From Synechococcus sp. (GTDB lineage: Bacteria; Cyanobacteriota; Cyanobacteriia; PCC-6307; Cyanobiaceae), in the NCBI GenBank assembly GCA_047285535.1, contig JBJBDC010000001.1, positions 2,912,136-2,976,135 of the forward strand: DNA of 64,000 nt, given 5' to 3'. The notes under the pieces are model-generated. The model saw nothing but the letters and a program-made list of their open reading frames with translations. It did not search any database and had not been told where the DNA came from. The position numbers and the translations under genes were made by a program. This document shows positions 28,723 through 40,387 of the stretch, one piece after another. The stretch's first letter is position 1; every line of letters begins with the position of its first letter.

Positions 28723-29961
28723 ATGACGAAGATTCGACGACGGAGAAAGTGGAACATCTTGGCAGTCGCTTCAGTCTTGCTGGCAGCTTTACTTCTTATT
28801 GTTGGAATATCCAGTTTAGATGTAGATCAAGTGCCGGGACGTGATTCCTTGCGCCTTTCTTCAGCTTCTCGTGCTTTAACCACCTCGTTAGAGCGCTTGC
28901 CTCGTGATGGCTGGAGTTCTCAACGAGGGGAGTCTTTAAGTGGGAGTGAAATACAAACTGATCTTGAGGCATTAGATAAGGCTAAATACCACGTGAAGAT
29001 TGGGGTGTATTCAAATAGCATGTATGATCTTGATCTAAGTGTGCCCAGCTTTTCGTCTAGTGGGTATGTGTGGTTGCGATGGGAAAAGCCTCTACAAGAT
29101 TACTTAGAGGCAAATGATAATTCCTTGGAAGAGCATATTCTTCTATTGAATGCTCTTTTGTCTGATGCGGAGCCTGTCTTGAATCCTGTTCAGGATAAGC
29201 CAGCAGTCTTGTCTGATGGCACCTATTATCAACTGTATACCTATGTCGGTAGATTTTTTATTGATCTGACAAGCTTTAGACACTTTCCGTTCCTAAAAAT
29301 TGGGTTGCCAATTGCAATCGAAGCGGATGATGTTGCCGGTGGTCTTGGTTACTCAGAGCTGCGTTTTGAACCCGATATTCGTAATAGTGGTATGGGCCTT
29401 TACGCGGGAAAAGGTATCATCGGATGGCTGAATCGTGGTTGGTCAATTGCTGAGTATCGACATAATTATGCTACCAATTTTGGCTTAGGGGGTTTGGAGC
29501 GAGATTATAGTTTAGTTGTTTACGATATTACATTTGGTACTTCGGCTTGGTCGGCTTTCTGGCGCTTGATGTTGCCTCTCCTTGTTGTCATGGTGATGGT
29601 ACTTCTTGTCTTTAAGATACGTCCAGATGAACAGGATGCTAGGGCTGGTATTCCTGTTACTGTTTTGTTGACGTTGGTGTTTTTGCAGCAAGTGTATAGA
29701 GGGGAGTTGCCTGATCTTCCCTATTTAACTTTTTTGGATTCTGTTTATGTGATTGCTTATGTCATCACACTGTTTGCATTTGTGTTGTTAGTGTGGATTG
29801 GTCGTCGTTATGCAGATATGGAAAATATGCCCCTTGGAGAAATGCGTGACAAGCTGTCTCATCGGCTTGAAACTCTTGATCAAGTATGGCCCCTGATGAT
29901 GGTATTGTTTTGCACAATTGCCGTGCTTCTTGCTTGGTATTTGATTCCTGCAGCGGCTTAA
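28723..29961 (+). CDS. Pentameric ligand-gated ion channel (Pro-loop; GLIC/ELIC-like)
   Basis: beta-sandwich VKIGVY...GYVWLRW; Pro-loop FRHFPF; M1 WRLMLP; M2 ARAGIPVTVLLTL; M2-M3 LPDLPYLTFLD; M4. Confidence 0.88.
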   Translation: MTKIRRRRKWNILAVASVLLAALLLIVGISSLDVDQVPGRDSLRLSSASRALTTSLERLPRDGWSSQRGESLSGSEIQTDLEALDKAKYHVKIGVYSNSMYDLDLSVPSFSSSGYVWLRWEKPLQDYLEANDNSLEEHILLLNALLSDAEPVLNPVQDKPAVLSDGTYYQLYTYVGRFFIDLTSFRHFPFLKIGLPIAIEADDVAGGLGYSELRFEPDIRNSGMGLYAGKGIIGWLNRGWSIAEYRHNYATNFGLGGLERDYSLVVYDITFGTSAWSAFWRLMLPLLVVMVMVLLVFKIRPDEQDARAGIPVTVLLTLVFLQQVYRGELPDLPYLTFLDSVYVIAYVITLFAFVLLVWIGRRYADMENMPLGEMRDKLSHRLETLDQVWPLMMVLFCTIAVLLAWYLIPAAA

Positions 29962-29970
29962 ATTATCTCT

Positions 29971-31161
29971 TTATGCTAATTCTTTAAGGGCATTCATTAG
30001 CGCTGAAATTTCTTGTTCTTGCGTGGTGATATGGGTGCAGGCTCTTAAGCAAATTGGCTCCTCGAGGTTGCGGATCCAGATCCCCTTATTGCCAAGCATT
30101 TGTACGATTTCAGAAGTGCTTTTGTTTGACTTGGCGTCGAGTTTGAAACTTACGAGTCCCGCAGGTGGTTCTCCTTCGAGTAATGGAGTGGTACCTCGAT
30201 GCCTATTGAGTTGTTCCCACAGCTGACTACTTAAGTTTTGAATTTTTTTTAGTCTCATCTCAACATTTCCCTCTTCCTCTAATAAATTCAATGATTGTCG
30301 TAATCCTGCCATGAGAGGTACGCAGCTCGTCGCGATTTCAAAGCGCCGGCTGTCGTGGTGGAAGGGGTCTGGATCATTCATAATCGCGCGGGTTTCATCG
30401 CGAAGGCTGCGCCAGCCGATCATGGTTGGATTGGCTTCGTTAAGCATGCGTTCTGATAGGGCCACACCTCCAAGTCCTTCGGGGCCGCAGGCCCATTTGT
30501 GTCCAGTGAAGGCATAGATGTCTGCAGCCTGTGCTGCTTCTTTCACAGGGATCTGCCCCATGGTTTGGGCTGCATCCACGAGCAGATAGGGATGCTGAGG
30601 ATGGGCACGAAGATGGTCCGCAACAGCGGCGATGGGCATGAGTTGTCCTGTATTCCAGAGCAGATGGGAGAGCACCACCAATGTCGTGCGTGGCTGGAGT
30701 GATTCCTCCAGAGCCTTGATCACGCTTGCGTCAGTATCGCTTTGTGCTTCACGGCCTCGTCTCAACCCTTGCACAGGAAGTTTGTCGATGGCTAGCTCTT
30801 CACGCCTGGCGAGTTCATGGCAAGCGGCCACCACCCCTGGGTGTTCGCAATCACTGATCAAGATGCGATCACCAGCTTTGAAGGGAAGCCCCCACAGAGG
30901 TAGGACACATCCACTGGTCACGTTTTCGCTCAGGGCAAGGCGATGAGGTGCGACACCGCATAAGCGAGCTAATAACCCTCGCGTTCGATTGGTTTCCCTA
31001 CTGATGAAAGGCCACACATCGGTGGTGAAAGGCCCGAGCTCCTGGATGCGATGCCAACTTGTGGCCATAGCTTCTAAAGAAGGCGTAGGAAGTGGTCCCT
31101 GACCTCCGAAGTTGAAGTAGGTCTTATTCGTGAGTGCTGGACAGAAATCTTTGAACGACAC
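29971..31161 (-). CDS. Class V PLP enzyme, L-cysteine/cystine lyase (C-DES-like)
   Basis: YFNFGGQGP, SDCEHP, LSHLLWNTG, DAAQ, TGHKWACGPEG. Confidence 0.88.
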   Translation of the reverse strand: MSFKDFCPALTNKTYFNFGGQGPLPTPSLEAMATSWHRIQELGPFTTDVWPFISRETNRTRGLLARLCGVAPHRLALSENVTSGCVLPLWGLPFKAGDRILISDCEHPGVVAACHELARREELAIDKLPVQGLRRGREAQSDTDASVIKALEESLQPRTTLVVLSHLLWNTGQLMPIAAVADHLRAHPQHPYLLVDAAQTMGQIPVKEAAQAADIYAFTGHKWACGPEGLGGVALSERMLNEANPTMIGWRSLRDETRAIMNDPDPFHHDSRRFEIATSCVPLMAGLRQSLNLLEEEGNVEMRLKKIQNLSSQLWEQLNRHRGTTPLLEGEPPAGLVSFKLDAKSNKSTSEIVQMLGNKGIWIRNLEEPICLRACTHITTQEQEISALMNALKELA

Positions 31162-31454
31162 AAGAAAAAATGTTAGGGAGGTGTTGGTGCTTTATTGCTT
31201 TATTCAATCTGACAAGACATGCATTGAGCGGTTTGAGTAAGGCTTTGAATCTAACTATTATAAGACTTTCTTAGGACGTTATTAATCATCTTTTTAAGGG
31301 TGTAGGGTTTATAGACATACAGCTATCACCCCTGCTCTTTGGATTGGGTCTTTAGGAGTCAAAGCAGTGCTTTCGATGTCTTTGATGATGAATAACTTCA
31401 TCGAGTGCATCTACCTCGCTTGAAGCCATGGCTACCTTTTGAGTCGATGCTTGG

Positions 31455-32159
31455 TTGGCAATGGCTGCAGTTGATTGGTGGTGGATCCTGCATCCTTTTC
31501 TTGCTGTGGTGTTGGTGTATCCACTGATTGGTGTGGTGGTTCGTTTGGCCATTCAGACGCGTGCACGTCGCCTTCAAAAGGAGAAGCTTCCTGCAACGGT
31601 GGGTCGTGACCACAGCGATTTGGGTCGTTGGCTGGCTGCTGCGGTGGTTGTGCTTGTGTTGATCGCTCTTTCTGTCGTGATCGTCACGAAAGCTCCTCTG
31701 GCTCAGTTTGAAGGGGGTGTGGCTCGAGCTCTGCAGCTATTCCTTGTGTTGTGCGGGACGATTGCAAGTCTTTTTGCGCTTTGGCGTTGCAAATTGCCAG
31801 GATTGAGGCTGGCGTTCGCTTTAATTACCTGGGCTGGAGTCTTGGGGCTTGGAGCTCAGCCAGAGGTTTGGCGGCTTTCGGATAATCCATTGACACCGGC
31901 GTTTTGGCAGTCCCATTACTGGGCAGGTGTGGGCGTTACCGGATTAATGTTGTTTTCTCTTGGAGCTCGTCCTGAGATCTTGCGTGACATTCGCATGCGT
32001 CGCTTGCATGTGACGGCGAATGTGCTTGCGGCGGTATTGTTTTTAACACAAGGTCTAACGGGCACACGCGATCTTCTTGAAATTCCACTGAGTTGGCAGA
32101 AGTCCACGATCTATCAATGTGACTTCAATGCCAGGACATGTCCCTCTTTCCCAGATTAG
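31455..32159 (+). CDS. Cyanobacterial membrane protein (DUF4079-like)
   Basis: LHP, SHYW, RRLH, TGTRDLLEIPLSWQ; conserved His residues in TM helices. Confidence 0.75.
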   Translation: MAMAAVDWWWILHPFLAVVLVYPLIGVVVRLAIQTRARRLQKEKLPATVGRDHSDLGRWLAAAVVVLVLIALSVVIVTKAPLAQFEGGVARALQLFLVLCGTIASLFALWRCKLPGLRLAFALITWAGVLGLGAQPEVWRLSDNPLTPAFWQSHYWAGVGVTGLMLFSLGARPEILRDIRMRRLHVTANVLAAVLFLTQGLTGTRDLLEIPLSWQKSTIYQCDFNARTCPSFPD

Positions 32160-32439
32160 TGCTGGGCAGCAACTTATTTCAATTTGAATGGTATTTTGAT
32201 TAAGTAAAATTGTCTTTTAATTTTATCAATTAGCTGGTGATTGGAGAAGCGTATTGGGGCGATTCGCGGAATTGTTTATTAAATGGAAGGTTGGTGTCTG
32301 CTTGGTAATAGTGTTCGCCTATGCATTGAAGAATTAATTGGACTTCGCAAAGAAAGGAAAACTAATTTGCTGGTTTACTTCTTGGGAGAGCTAATTAAAA
32401 TGTAATGTGAAGCCTTGAATGTGTTTTGGCTTCATCTTT

Positions 32440-32685
32440 TCAGAGGACTTGGACAACTTCGCTCACTTCTGGGATGCATTCCCTCAGTTTGCGTTCGATG
32501 CCCATTTTCAAGGTCATCGTGCTGCTTGGGCAGCTTCCACAAGCTCCCTGTAAGCGTACTTTCACGATTGGACCGTCAATCTCTACAACTTCAACGTTTC
32601 CTCCATCGGCCATCAAAAACGGGCGAAGTTCATCGAGCACCTTTTCCACGTTCTCGTTTGTGAGGGCCATGGTCTCAGTGCTCAT
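32440..32685 (-). CDS. nfuA: NifU C-terminal-domain Fe-S scaffold (Nfu)
   Basis: [12 protein letters not shown]...[11 protein letters not shown]...GIE. Confidence 0.93.
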   Translation of the reverse strand: MSTETMALTNENVEKVLDELRPFLMADGGNVEVVEIDGPIVKVRLQGACGSCPSSTMTLKMGIERKLRECIPEVSEVVQVL

Positions 32686-32769
32686 CGATCAAATATCAAC
32701 TACCAACCACCTTAGACAATTATGTAAATGCTCGGCCACTTAGCCTGTTCTGAGAGATCAATTTGCGCC

Positions 32770-34233
32770 TTGGATCGCTACGACGCTGTGCTCGTGGGTG
32801 CTGGGATCATGAGTTCCACCTTGGCCACCCTGTTGCATGAGCTTGATCCAGACTTGCGTTTGTTGTGTATTGAACGTTTAGAAGCACCAGCGCTGGAAAG
32901 CACCGCTGCCGTGAATAACGCTGGCACTGGTCACGCCGCTAACTGTGAGCTTAATTACACCCCTATTCAGGCTGATGGCACTGTCTCAACAGAGAAGCCG
33001 ATCGCCATCAATGCAAGTTTTGAGCGAAGCCTTGAGTTTTGGGCTTCGCTTCGTGAACGGGGGCGTTTAGACCCCCGTTTGTTCTTGCACCGTGTGCCTC
33101 ATATCAGTTTTGTGTGGGGTGAAGCTGATGTTGCTTATCTGCACCAGCGCTATGAGCAGTTCAAGGCTCTTCCTGCTTTCGCGGCCATGCAATGGAGCAG
33201 TGACTACGCCGAGCTGTCCGCCTGGATCCCGCTGGTGATGGCAGGGCGTGATCCCCAGTTGCCAGTGGCGGCGACCAAGGTTGAGCGAGGCACTGACATT
33301 GATTTTGGTGCTCTGTCACGTGCCCTTTTGGCTCCTCTTCAGGGATCAGGAGCCCTCGATGTGCTCTTCGGAACTTCGGTGTCAGACCTGAATCGATGTG
33401 CCGAGGGTTGGGAGGTGAGACTGCGTTGTCCTTCAAGTCGCCGAGTGGTATCAACACCTTTTGTTTTCCTCGGCGCTGGTGGTGGTGCGCTTCCCCTGCT
33501 GCAACGCTCCGGCATTCCAGAGGCTGGGAATTACGCCGGTTTTCCCGTCAGCGGGCAATGGCTGGTCTGCAGTGATCCAGTGTTGTCGCAACATCATTTT
33601 GCCAAGGTTTATGGCAGAGCAAAGGTGGGAGCTCCTCCCATGTCGGTGCCCCATCTCGACACGCGTTGGATTGATGGTCGTCGTTCTTTGCTGTTTGGAC
33701 CCTATGCAGGATTCAGCAGCAAGTTTTTGAAGCAAGGATCAATCTTGGATCTGCCTCGATCGGTGCGCTCTACCAATGTGTTGCCGATGCTGCAAGTGGG
33801 TGTGAATAACATTCCTTTGGTGCGGTATCTCATTAATCAACTGCGCCAGAGCGATTCGGATCGGATTGAGGCTTTAAAAGCTTTTCTGCCAGCAGCTCGC
33901 GATCAGGATTGGACGTTGTCTGTAGCTGGTCAGCGGGTTCAGATCATTAAACGGACGTCAAAAGGTGGCCGTTTGCAGCTTGGTACCGAAGTGGTGGCAG
34001 CAGCTGATGGTTCTTTGGCGGCACTGCTTGGAGCCTCTCCTGGCGCAAGCACTTCAGTCACGATCATGCTGGAAGTGTTGCAACGCTGCTTCTCTGCACG
34101 TTTGGCCACAGAGGCATGGCAGCAGAGATTGCAAGCTTTATTGCCGAGTTATGGTCAAGACCTCAGCCTTGACGCGGAGCTTCTTCATCGCAGTCGTGAA
34201 CGCAGTGATGCTCTTTTGGAACTTGGGGTTTAA
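32770..34233 (+). CDS. mqo: Malate:quinone oxidoreductase
   Basis: [49 protein letters not shown]. Confidence 0.96.
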   Translation: MDRYDAVLVGAGIMSSTLATLLHELDPDLRLLCIERLEAPALESTAAVNNAGTGHAANCELNYTPIQADGTVSTEKPIAINASFERSLEFWASLRERGRLDPRLFLHRVPHISFVWGEADVAYLHQRYEQFKALPAFAAMQWSSDYAELSAWIPLVMAGRDPQLPVAATKVERGTDIDFGALSRALLAPLQGSGALDVLFGTSVSDLNRCAEGWEVRLRCPSSRRVVSTPFVFLGAGGGALPLLQRSGIPEAGNYAGFPVSGQWLVCSDPVLSQHHFAKVYGRAKVGAPPMSVPHLDTRWIDGRRSLLFGPYAGFSSKFLKQGSILDLPRSVRSTNVLPMLQVGVNNIPLVRYLINQLRQSDSDRIEALKAFLPAARDQDWTLSVAGQRVQIIKRTSKGGRLQLGTEVVAAADGSLAALLGASPGASTSVTIMLEVLQRCFSARLATEAWQQRLQALLPSYGQDLSLDAELLHRSRERSDALLELGV

Positions 34234-34671
34234 GGGGATCCAGATCAGCCGCCTTGAGATGGGCCTCTTCAAATTCAAGACCATGAATCCTGCTGGAATC
34301 AAGGCCATTTCAAAGCTTTGGCCTGGAGTCAGGACCTAGGCCAAAGCAATCGTTTCAATCAGACCAAGCGCCTGAATTCCGATCCATCTCGAGATGGCGT
34401 TGGTTATGGCGACGGGATGTTCTGCTCAACACTTTGCGAGAGCTTCATCGAGAGCATCGATGCGGCATAGGTCCCGAATACAACGAGAGTCGAATGGACC
34501 TGGTCAATTCTTGCGACGGTTGAGCTAGGAGGTTCCAATCACGTCTGAACTGATCGTCAGCCATCAAAGGATTCAGGATTTGGGACCAGCGATGTTTCTA
34601 AGGGGCTTGTGGTGGCTCCTTAGGATCGTTGTACTGCTTTCAGAAGCCCTAGCCGGGATTGAGCCAACCGC

Positions 34672-36486
34672 ATGACTGACGCTCCCGTCAAAAGGATTCG
34701 CAACTTCTGCATCATTGCCCATATCGATCATGGCAAGTCGACCTTGGCTGATCGGTTGTTGCAAGACACCGGAACGGTGGCTAACCGCGACATGCAAGAG
34801 CAGTTTCTTGACAATATGGAGTTGGAGAGGGAACGCGGGATCACGATCAAGCTCCAAGCCGCTCGCATGCTTTACCAGGCAGTGGATGGAGAGGAGTACG
34901 TCCTTAATTTGATTGATACTCCTGGGCATGTGGATTTTTCCTACGAGGTGAGTCGCAGTCTCCAGGCTTGTGAAGGGGCACTGCTTGTGGTGGATGCAAG
35001 CCAGGGCGTAGAGGCTCAGACGTTGGCCAATGTGTATATGGCGCTGGACAATGATCTGGAGATCATTCCTGTGCTCAACAAGATTGATTTGCCCGGCGCG
35101 GATCCCGATCGCATCACAGAAGAGATCGAGGCGATCATTGGTTTGGATTGTTCCAATGCAATCCCCTGCTCTGCCAAAACAGGTCTGGGTGTCCCTGAAA
35201 TTCTTCAAGCTGTGGTTGATCGTGTGCCACCCCCTGCTGATGCGGTGAAGGAATCCACCAAGGCACTGATTTTTGATTCCTATTACGACCCCTACCGAGG
35301 GGTGATTGTGTATTTCCGGGTGATGAGCGGAAGCATTAGCCGCAAAGACAAGGTGTTGTTGATGGCGAGCAATAAAACCTATGAGCTTGATGAAGTGGGG
35401 ATCATGGCTCCGGATGAGAAGAAGGTGGACGAGCTCCATGCCGGCGAGGTGGGGTATCTAGCGGCTTCCATCAAGGCGGTCGCTGATGCGCGGGTGGGGG
35501 ACACCATCACGTTGGTGAATGAGCCAGCTGATGCACCACTTCCTGGTTATTCCGAAGCCAAACCGATGGTGTTTTGTGGTTTGTTTCCTACCGAAGCGGA
35601 TCAATATCCTGATTTACGTGAGGCACTCCATAAATTGCAGCTTTCCGATGCGGCGCTTCAATTTGAACCTGAAACCAGTAGTGCAATGGGTTTTGGTTTC
35701 CGTTGTGGATTTCTTGGTCTTCTGCACATGGAAATTGTGCAAGAGCGCTTGGAGCGTGAATATAACCTTGATCTAATTGTTACTGCTCCATCGGTAATTT
35801 ATACCGTCAATTTAATTGATGGAGAGCAGGTCATGATTGATAACCCTGCCACTCTTCCAGATCCACAGAAGCGTGAGTCAATCGAAGAGCCCTATGTACG
35901 TATGGAGATTTATGCACCTAATGATTTTAATGGAGCGCTAATGGGTTTGTGTCAGGAGCGCCGTGGTGACTATCTCGATATGAAGTACATCACCAAAGAA
36001 AGAGTGACTCTGATTTACGAATTGCCCTTGGCCGAAGTCGTTACAGACTTTTTTGACCAAATGAAAACTCGCACCCAGGGTTATGCCTCTATGGAATATC
36101 ACTTAATTGGGTATCGAAAGAACGAACTTGTGCGCCTTGATGTCCTAATTAATGGGGAAAGAGCTGATCCACTCACGACTATTGTTCACCGCGATAAAGC
36201 CTATACTGTGGGTAAAGGTTTGGTTGAGAAGCTCAAAGAATTAATCCCACGTCAACAATTCAAAATTCCTTTACAGGCTTCCATTGGTAGCCGAATCATT
36301 GCCAGTACGAGCATCAGTGCTATTCGTAAGGATGTGCTTGCTAAGTGCTACGGCGGCGATATCTCCCGTAAGAAAAAACTTCTGAAGAAGCAGGCCAAGG
36401 GCAAAAAACGCATGAAGGCGATGGGCAAGGTGGATGTGCCTCAGGAGGCTTTCATGGCGGTTTTAAAGTTAAATCAAACTCCTTAA
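34672..36486 (+). CDS. lepA: Elongation factor 4
   Basis: [40 protein letters not shown]. Confidence 0.99.
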   Translation: MTDAPVKRIRNFCIIAHIDHGKSTLADRLLQDTGTVANRDMQEQFLDNMELERERGITIKLQAARMLYQAVDGEEYVLNLIDTPGHVDFSYEVSRSLQACEGALLVVDASQGVEAQTLANVYMALDNDLEIIPVLNKIDLPGADPDRITEEIEAIIGLDCSNAIPCSAKTGLGVPEILQAVVDRVPPPADAVKESTKALIFDSYYDPYRGVIVYFRVMSGSISRKDKVLLMASNKTYELDEVGIMAPDEKKVDELHAGEVGYLAASIKAVADARVGDTITLVNEPADAPLPGYSEAKPMVFCGLFPTEADQYPDLREALHKLQLSDAALQFEPETSSAMGFGFRCGFLGLLHMEIVQERLEREYNLDLIVTAPSVIYTVNLIDGEQVMIDNPATLPDPQKRESIEEPYVRMEIYAPNDFNGALMGLCQERRGDYLDMKYITKERVTLIYELPLAEVVTDFFDQMKTRTQGYASMEYHLIGYRKNELVRLDVLINGERADPLTTIVHRDKAYTVGKGLVEKLKELIPRQQFKIPLQASIGSRIIASTSISAIRKDVLAKCYGGDISRKKKLLKKQAKGKKRMKAMGKVDVPQEAFMAVLKLNQTP

Positions 36487-37352
36487 ATCGATTGCTTTTG
36501 AGTGACGATGGCGTGAATTTTGTTAATCATGAGATGCTTGTATGTGTGGAGAGTGGCTAGCTGATTCATCCAAGCAGAATCAAGCCCAGGAATCATTTTG
36601 ATAATGGTAATTTTTTGACTGCGTTACTTATTGCTGGCGACATCATGATCAACGGTCGGTGGATCAAAAACTGATCATTATTGACTCATTTGTTTGCTAT
36701 GATTCTGTCAATATCTAATTGTTTGGTGATATGTCGATAGTTGTTTTTCAGCGATAGTGAAGAGGTCAAAGAGGGCTTGTTTGCAGAAGTCTTGATTCCA
36801 TGAAAATGATGTCTAGACTCAATGTTGTGGGAACTGGTGACGCTTCGGGGCCAGTAATTCGTCTGTGCGTGGCTCTATGGCATGATTTAAGACGATCATT
36901 CGTCTATGAATTGTCAGCTTCGTTGCTTGCTTGAGTACATCTAAAAACAATGACAGATAGATTTGAGATTTTGAATCACTAAAGAGTTAGTCTCTGCCTG
37001 AAAGCTATTGTACTCATTCGACATAGCTTTATGAGTGGAAACGTGGTCGTGTCATTGACTACAAAATCGGAAATATTCAATGACGAATGATGAAATGTTG
37101 AGAAATACAGATTAGCAACGATCGATACAGATGCATGTCTATTCAAAGCTATTGAGTACTAGGGCGTTCACAAGGTAGTCCAATGCCCTTTCATCTTTAC
37201 CCATTGAGCGAACTTGAAGCTGCAGAATACATGAGGTTTTATGGATCAGAGAAAGAAGGGCTTAAGAAGGAATTCATCACTGGTGCGGAATCCTCAATAG
37301 GGGAAACAAACCGATTTGCTTGGGATCTCAATAGGCGCATACCAGAGATGAG

Positions 37353-37847
37353 CTAAACAATGCGCTCCTCTGAACCACCGCTTAAAAAGCCCCTGTTTGA
37401 TAGCTCATACATGGTTTGATGAATGCTCTCTGACTCCATCACAAACCAATCGATATATCTGGGCTGTTTCACTTTTTTAATGCCTAAGTCATAGATTTTA
37501 TATTCAAGAGTAATGAATTCTTTCCCTGCAGTTTTGTATCCAAGTTCTAACAAAACTTTTCCATTTTCGGCTGGAAGATGTATCTCCGCATGGTTTTGAT
37601 TTGTAGTCGTTTCTATGATCAGCGAAGCACTCGTTCGATCGCCAGATATATCTCTTATCCGTAAAAATAAAGCGGAGCCAAAATCTCTGTCTATCAGAGT
37701 CTTTGTACTGTGCCGAAGCTTCCAGTTGCACTGAATCGTGCCAGGGGAAAGACTGCATTCAAAGCTAGACATGTCTTGCCCGCGGAGCCTAGAAAGAGAG
37801 TTCATTAGGGATAGACTCAGACCTGAGAGCAACCGTTTCATTTCCAA
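37353..37847 (-). CDS. Hypothetical protein, DUF4912-like
   Basis: LFLRIRDI...ELGY pattern and GGSE tail. Confidence 0.5.
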   Translation of the reverse strand: MEMKRLLSGLSLSLMNSLSRLRGQDMSSFECSLSPGTIQCNWKLRHSTKTLIDRDFGSALFLRIRDISGDRTSASLIIETTTNQNHAEIHLPAENGKVLLELGYKTAGKEFITLEYKIYDLGIKKVKQPRYIDWFVMESESIHQTMYELSNRGFLSGGSEERIV

Positions 37848-38211
37848 CCAGACTCGCGGACCCGTATTCTTAGGACATCCAATGCGTCCTTACATGCGTT
37901 CGTTTAATACCTTAATGCGTGTCATTCACGATACATTTTTCTTTCAATTCAGACCAAGAAAACATCACGTATCCAGACGTGTATTGAAGGCCTTTGAAGC
38001 TGATTTGTAAATGTTTAAAGGGGAGATCAATGGCGACACTTATCTCTTCTACTCATTCATTGAAGCTTCCACTCCTACGACTGAAAATCAACAAAGTGTG
38101 TTCGTTGACGCTGAAAGCCACTGTTAAGTATTTATACTTGCTGTTTTTGTCGTCTTTCATGCAATCAAAACAATGAAATTTAGTTTGAATTGAAGTTGAT
38201 TTGATCATACG

Positions 38212-38490
38212 ATGTCTTTCTACTCTTCCGATCCTTATCATCGCGCTTTAGATCTGTTTACTGAATCAGTCATCAAGCCGGATCATGAGCTGCGAGCCAA
38301 TGCAGCCTATGGTGATTGTTATCCCGAACTGATGGAGATACGTCAACACTGCCTTACATACTTACAAACGCTGAAAGAAATTCATCAAATTGAGTTTTCA
38401 GACGAAAGTGATGAAATTGAGGCTAGCAAGATTTCAAGCGCTAAAATGGCATCAAGGCGAATGGCCTTCTCTCATGATGAAATGATGTAA
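38212..38490 (+). CDS. Hypothetical protein (92 aa)
   Basis: Clean helical ORF RALDLFTESVIKPDHELR...ELMEIR. Confidence 0.7.
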   Translation: MSFYSSDPYHRALDLFTESVIKPDHELRANAAYGDCYPELMEIRQHCLTYLQTLKEIHQIEFSDESDEIEASKISSAKMASRRMAFSHDEMM

Positions 38491-39404
38491 TCAAAAACAT
38501 CCTATATGCTGCCGAGCCTGTATAGATTTGGCGAGGAGATCGATTGCATGGATTTGCTGAAATAATGTATGATCTTGGAGTGTAATCAGTGGCTACACGT
38601 TCGAGACAAAGCAACAGGAATACAGCGCAGATTGCAAGCGAAGTGATGAATTCAAACTGCTTCTTCAATTGAATTTATCTGCGCGGAGCTTGGTATTTTT
38701 AAATCCCAACTCGCTTCGGATAAGAAACATAGAAATGCTTATCAAGTCAATCGTGGCAGTTCAGTCTAATAGCGTGATTGCAATATTGAAAGTATTCATT
38801 GAACATATCCCCTCTGGAAAACTTCTTCGAAACGCTAATGTCATTAATAAGTTCACTAGTATTCAATTAAATCAATTTTTTGAATATTAAAGTGGCTCTC
38901 CGTCTGATTGTTATTCGCTGACTTCAGCTCCAAGCATTGCCTTGGAAACCAATAGAGGCAAAGTCTTCTTGAGTCATAAAATCCATAGCAATAGAATTGA
39001 TCGTTGTAAGAGGGTGGCTAGGGCTCTCAAGCAAACCATTGCAAGCCGGAAACCTCTCTTGTGTCAATATAATTTTGATAGGTGTAAGTACTATCAATAG
39101 AGCCTGTTGAAGGGTGATGTATTTACTGTTTATCAAATGGATGATGATAACAAAGTCCTGCCTCAAAGTTTTTACGTGCTTGCCACAACCTAGATTCAAT
39201 TGTGACGATGCTGTGCTGCGCTACAGACCAGTTTTGCTATTCAGAGATACAAAGTTCTGATGACTTAACTTGAGTCTTGTTTTGATAGTTCTTGCCTTCA
39301 CGAGAATTACTTAGATCTCAAAAGCAATACAATCGTATTTCTTTTCGTCTTAACTGTTAGGATTGCTGCTTCTCTTGTATAGACCTAGATCGAAAAATGT
39401 AATT

Positions 39405-39581
39405 TCATGGCGCGGATATAGAGTGTGTTGGATGTGCGTGAAGAGTTCTTTTCTCGTCCAATTGATAACGCTGGAGAAAGTAAACCTGGCGAGCTTCGTT
39501 TGTTTTAGCTTCGATTTCTAGAGCCAAGTCCATAAGTTGGCCATTCTGGTTTCGGAAGCGGGATGAAACTTTGCGATTCAT
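39405..39581 (-). CDS. Possible small protein (58 aa, MNRKVSSRFRNQNGQLMDLALEIEAKTNEARQVYFLQRYQL...), below the ORF-track cutoff
   Basis: Hand translation: ATG at 39581 to TGA at 39405; helical, protein-like composition. Confidence 0.4.
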   Translation of the reverse strand: MNRKVSSRFRNQNGQLMDLALEIEAKTNEARQVYFLQRYQLDEKRTLHAHPTHSISAP

Positions 39582-40300
39582 TGGAATTGCCTTTGATTTC
39601 CAAAAAAAACTAAAATGAACGAAGACACATCCTTGCTAACGCTTAATATAACTTGTGGTTGGTGTTTAGTTGTGTAAATTCCGTAGTCTGTGCTACTGGT
39701 TTGTTGCGGTTATTTGTATTCAAGGGATACTTTTTTCGTGTAGAAGACTCTTGCTTTCAGTGCCGGTATGAGTTCTGGGTGCGCAAAATCATAGATACTC
39801 CCATTGCTCATGGTGTTGGGTATTTGATCTTTCGCGGGGCATGAGAGTTCCGGCAAACTCGGCGAGGCCTGAGAGGTAGGAGATCCCAACTCTTGCCACA
39901 GCAATCAACATGACAGGTGCATGCTTCATGACAGTGAGTCACTAAATAGGATTTTTGATCAGTTATGCAATCAGTATTCAGTGTCAACTCAGCTCATGAT
40001 TTGAATGAATTGACTGAGTATTGCCTCATTGGTGTTTGGATGTTGGTGTCAGCTTGTCAAAAACAACGATCCCTCCCCATTGTCTAAGAGTGCACTCTGC
40101 AAAAAAAACAATTCATCGATGATATGGGTAGAACAGACCCATTAGCCTTCTGAGCTGGCGAGAGAACCGATTCATTAGGAGCCTGGGATATGCACTGATG
40201 ACTTTCGGTTGGTTTCATGACGGGTTTAAATGGGATTCTCGTGTTAGGAGTGTCACTTGCTTTGGACGCGGATGGTTGTACTGCAGTCGATGCCGCTAAT

Positions 40301-40329
40301 AAAAAAGGCCGGTCCCCTTGCCCAGCCTT
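40301..40329 (-). terminator. Probable Rho-independent terminator of the 420-aa gene
   Basis: Minus strand AAGGCTGG-GCAAGGGGA-CCGGCCTTTTTT hairpin plus T tract. Confidence 0.6.
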
Positions 40330-40387
40330 GCTTGAAACTATTCCCGAAGGGTTCTACTGATTGAGTAAAAAGTCGAGAGGCTGTTGT

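Noticed and set aside
27516..28757. Apparent head-to-head overlap of the binding-protein ORF and the channel ORF
   Set aside because: Artefact of longest-ORF calling; the Met at 28676 gives a proper signal peptide and no overlap.
34573..35439. 288-aa ORF antisense to lepA
   Set aside because: Shadow ORF on the opposite strand of a highly conserved gene; no recognisable motifs.
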